Shown here in pieces: positions 52,699 to 64,000 of a DNA stretch of 64,000 nt (position 1 is its first letter; every line of letters starts with the position of its first letter). The DNA comes from Lingula anatina. Its lineage: Eukaryota; Animalia; Brachiopoda. The DNA lies in assembly GCA_051362555.1 (NCBI GenBank), contig CM120640.1:23050225-23114224 (forward strand). The letters are read 5' to 3'. Position numbers and translations under genes: made by a program. The notes beneath the pieces are model-generated. The model made no database searches and was not told the DNA's origin. It worked only from the letters and a program-made list of their open reading frames with translations.

Positions 52699-53930
52699 TA
52701 CCCCATAACATGACGCCACCTCCGCATAATAGCCTCGTTGTCAACTTCAAGGAACATTATTCCAATGCAGGACTGAGGAGGGGAGGGGGGTCAAACATCA
52801 GTTAGTTTTGTCATGTAGTTTGGAGACCTGGTGAAAGGTTACAAAATCCTACAATCCGTTTTTTAGTTACCGTTTTACATTAGGGAAAATGCATTAAAAT
52901 TTTAAAATTCATAAATATTGTAAACAAATTCCTGCAAATTTTTTACACGTCTTTGTAATTAAAATTTAGGTTTGTTTTTAGAAATGAAAAAAAGGGATTC
53001 TTTTTAATAGTCCTTTATTTTTTCCTTCTTCTCATTGCCTGCATTTATTTTGTGCCTGACAGACTTGCAGTATTAAACCTTAATTTTAATCAATATAAGC
53101 AATATATCTGAAATTACTTGTCAATGAATTACATTACCTAAAACCTACATGCATATAATTACCAGTATGTATCACTTGTTCAAAATGACCTTATAAATGT
53201 AATCTTCTACTGCTTGCTTTTTACCTTTCAATTATCAGCAATACAAAATTATCAGCAATGCACATCATTGTAAAAAATCAAGTTATTTCTAATATCTTAC
53301 TTAAACAGAACATTCATAATATTCATAAAAAATAATATTAATAAAAAAGATTACCAGGAAATCCCATGACAAAAAAAAAAAAAAAAAAAAAGGAATGCTT
53401 GAAAACTGAAGCCTTATTTAAAAAGCTCCATTAGCAATTGTGCGTCTGTTAATTTGGAGTAAAATACAAATTGAAAGGAACAATGCAGAGACATAACAAT
53501 GGATTCCAATTCAATTAAGCACAGCTCTGTACATTGTCAACTACATATACATACTCAGTAAATTTCTCTCCAAACATTCAAAAATAAATTACTGACTTCT
53601 TAAAATAACTTAATATAATTAACAAATAACACACTGTAACATGCCAACATATTGTCCTCTGTCTAAGTATGTATCAGCAATATGTGAGGCATAATTTTAA
53701 TTCTATTGCCAATTAATACTGCCCACTCTTATAACAATATGACACACTGACCATCCAGGCATTTGAATGACTGCACCATTGCATTATTTTACACAAAAAT
53801 GTTCAACTTTTGCAATATTCAATTTTTGGTGCCAATAGCCAATGAGCCTCAAATTATTTGTTACAGTTCACAGTAGTCTATTTTACAATTAAATATAATG
53901 GCAGTTTTCAGATGACATTCATTTCTAAAC

Positions 53931-56040
53931 CTATTTAAAAATGCAGTTTCTTTCAATCCTTTCTTTTCTTGTCACTGTTGGCATAAGGCCTATAATACCA
54001 GATACATAGCACCAAATTTGAATTGAGCACTGCATTTATAGCCAAGTTGGTCAGCACTATCACGTCCCTTGTCTTCACAAGTGTTGTAAAAACCCTGGCT
54101 GAAAATAAAATAATATTCTTTTAGATAAAGTTTTTAAGCATTCGAGTTGCTTCTGACATTTTAGAAGCAATATTATAATCTATGGTCATAAATATGATTC
54201 CAATTAAATTAATGTTTAAAAAGTTTATGAATAGAGACATAAGTTTTTGAGTCTCTATATAAAATTGGTACCAATGCAACTTTCAAATTACCAAGTTATG
54301 TATGGTAGTAACTCACCAAAACATGCATATGATGCTATTACCCATGTAGCAAGACTGACTTGTCCAGAGTCTTTGGTCTGGTAAATATTCCACAGCTGGA
54401 GCACTTTGCTTGTCAATGAAATGGGAATAACACTTCCCTAAAGTTTATAAAGGGTAACATAATTTCTTGCAATTTTCTTTGAAAAAAATTGATATTATTT
54501 TTATAACAAATAAATAAATATTTTCAAATCACTAATATTCTTACTGTGTAATTTGAATATACCAGTAATGAGGTGGTGTGTAAATATCAACCAACTAAAT
54601 AACACATGCAAGGTGTGATTTTTTTAAAGTTAAAACTTTATCAACTTGAAACATCTTACCATGGCAACTGCCATAAGCCATGATGGCCAAACTCCAAATG
54701 CAAAGGTTGAGAATATGGAGAGATATCTGAACAACTACATAAGGGTGTTATTGAGCAATAAAAAATGCAGTTTTATAAAAAAAATGGTGTAGTGGTGAAT
54801 TTGCCTTTTGCTTGTCTTGAAGGACAAGAATAATGATGAAGCAAAAACAACTAGTAGTTGCTTGGAATAGGATAAATGATTAATTATGCCCACACAAAAT
54901 TTTAAGGTTAATTAACTGCCTAAAACAAGGATACATTCCAAGTCCCAATAATGCTGTACTATTCAATTTGTCTTCCTGAGATAACACAGTATACAACAGG
55001 AGTAAATCTGAAAAAAATTAAGTATTGTTAAAATAATAAATTTCATTTAGATTTTTGCAATTATTTTCCAATTAAGTACTTCCCTGTAATTGTTGTGCTA
55101 AACCAATTTCCAGAAAAGACTGGCTGTCGTTCATGCATGCAGAAAGTTGATAGGCAAAAGTATTAAATAATTTGTGAAATAGTAAGGTTTTTAAGAAGCA
55201 AAAAATAAAACTTATTCAGTAACTTTCCCATAATAACTAAATCCATTATAAACTAATACATCTATGATCCAAGCAAAAGTAATATATACCTTGAACCACA
55301 AGAAATGTGTATTCAAAATAGTTTTCTACGGGATATCTGTGTGCAAACTGGTATGTCAACATTGTTGTGTAGCTGAAAATATACTATCAAAATATTTTCA
55401 CACCAATTCAGATTATAACAGTAGGTGAAAAAGATCACAAAGTATAAGAACATAAAAGTTTTTTCTTATTTTCGTGTGTCTGCATGGTCCTCAGCACTTC
55501 TGAGTTATAGAAAATATACATTTTCGCTTTTATACACAATATTACAGAAATTTACATCAATCTGCTTTATAATGAAAAAATATCTTAGATAGGGCTTATC
55601 TGGCCTTTGTGGCCTATTCATTATTACTTTCGCTTTCATTTTTCTTTTTTAATGTGTTCTGATTGAAATAAAAAAAAATGTGAGTTCACTCATCGTTATG
55701 GTCTAGGATTCAGTTGGCCATTTTATTTGACCTGTCACAATGTAGAATAGGTCAAGTACAGTAAGATAAACAAGGACTGACCCCAGTGCCAAATGACGTG
55801 GCGGACAGAACAACCTACTGGTACGAGTCCGGCAGATTTTACTCACCTTGCTAACTCGAGAGCTATGCTGCGCAAACTCAGTCCCTTCGAATTACCAGCT
55901 TTGATGACACTTAAAATTTGGGGGAGCTTTAAAATCAAACAAAACCCAACAACTGACGAACTCAGTGCATGGCATAGTAGTGCAACATATGGGTAACGTT
56001 CCAAAGCCCCTAAAAAGCCGTCGCTTACTACAGGTGCCAT
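53931..56040 (-). CDS. SLC66A3: PQ-loop protein, solute carrier family 66 member 3 (PQLC3)
   Basis: Exons 56040-55847 (LKLPQI...GLSLRSIALEL), 55372-55290 (YQ...YP...YFEY...VQ), 55007-54935, 54726-54660, 54437-54317 (SKVLQLW...KDSGQVSLATW), 54098-53931 (ARVFTTL). Confidence 0.88.
54727..54934 (-). other. Probable U12-type GT-AG intron in SLC66A3
   Basis: 5' splice site GTATCCTTG; branch-like CCCTTAT about 12 nt before the in-frame CAG acceptor. Confidence 0.7.
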
Positions 56041-56298
56041 GATGTCCTCATGACTACCCACATTATTCACAAAATAATAATTACTCGTACGATCATATTT
56101 ATGGAAAAAAAGGCCCAAATTTTACCGTAAACAAATTCAATAATGTTAAATATAACATATATCAAACATTTTTATTATTTGTTATTTCTTGATATATTTT
56201 GACTGTTAGAGTACTAATATTAATATCTGGTTGCTCAAAGAAATTTAGTCCAATGAGAAAGCGCCAAATTTCCAACCCCGTATAGTGTAAATAAGAAC
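56041..56298. promoter_or_regulatory. Bidirectional promoter region, SLC66A3 / RSPH10B
   Basis: Divergent ATGs at 56040 (-) and 56299 (+), 258 bp apart. Confidence 0.65.

Positions 56299-64000
<7,702 letters not shown>

Noticed and set aside
53931-53945. SLC66A3 C-terminal CIFK as a prenylation (CaaX) signal
   Set aside because: A terminal Lys is a poor CaaX residue and the family is polytopic; likely coincidental.

Overview
AT-rich, intron-rich animal genomic DNA; gene content and intron style suggest an invertebrate, plausibly a mollusc or other lophotrochozoan (inference). Ten protein-coding genes were rebuilt by hand from phase-compatible GT-AG splice sites: FAM187A-like (+, nested antisense in an EPS15 intron), EPS15/EPS15L1 (-, runs off the left edge), a GST with an N-terminal hydrophobic anchor (+), a KCNE/MinK-like single-pass protein (+), RPF1 (-), an RBCC TRIM (+), spondin-2/mindin-like (-), ACP5-type purple acid phosphatase (-), SLC66A3/PQLC3 (-) and RSPH10B (+, runs off the right edge). 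There are also two probable U12-type introns, several MITE-like elements, two tight head-to-head gene pairs and an apparent mosaic CpG-depletion pattern. Best leads: the KCNE-like gene with a uORF-rich leader, the signal-anchored GST, and a Cys/His-rich domain in the +1 frame behind a G6 run at the TRIM 3' end. Family calls rest on remembered motifs; no searches were run.
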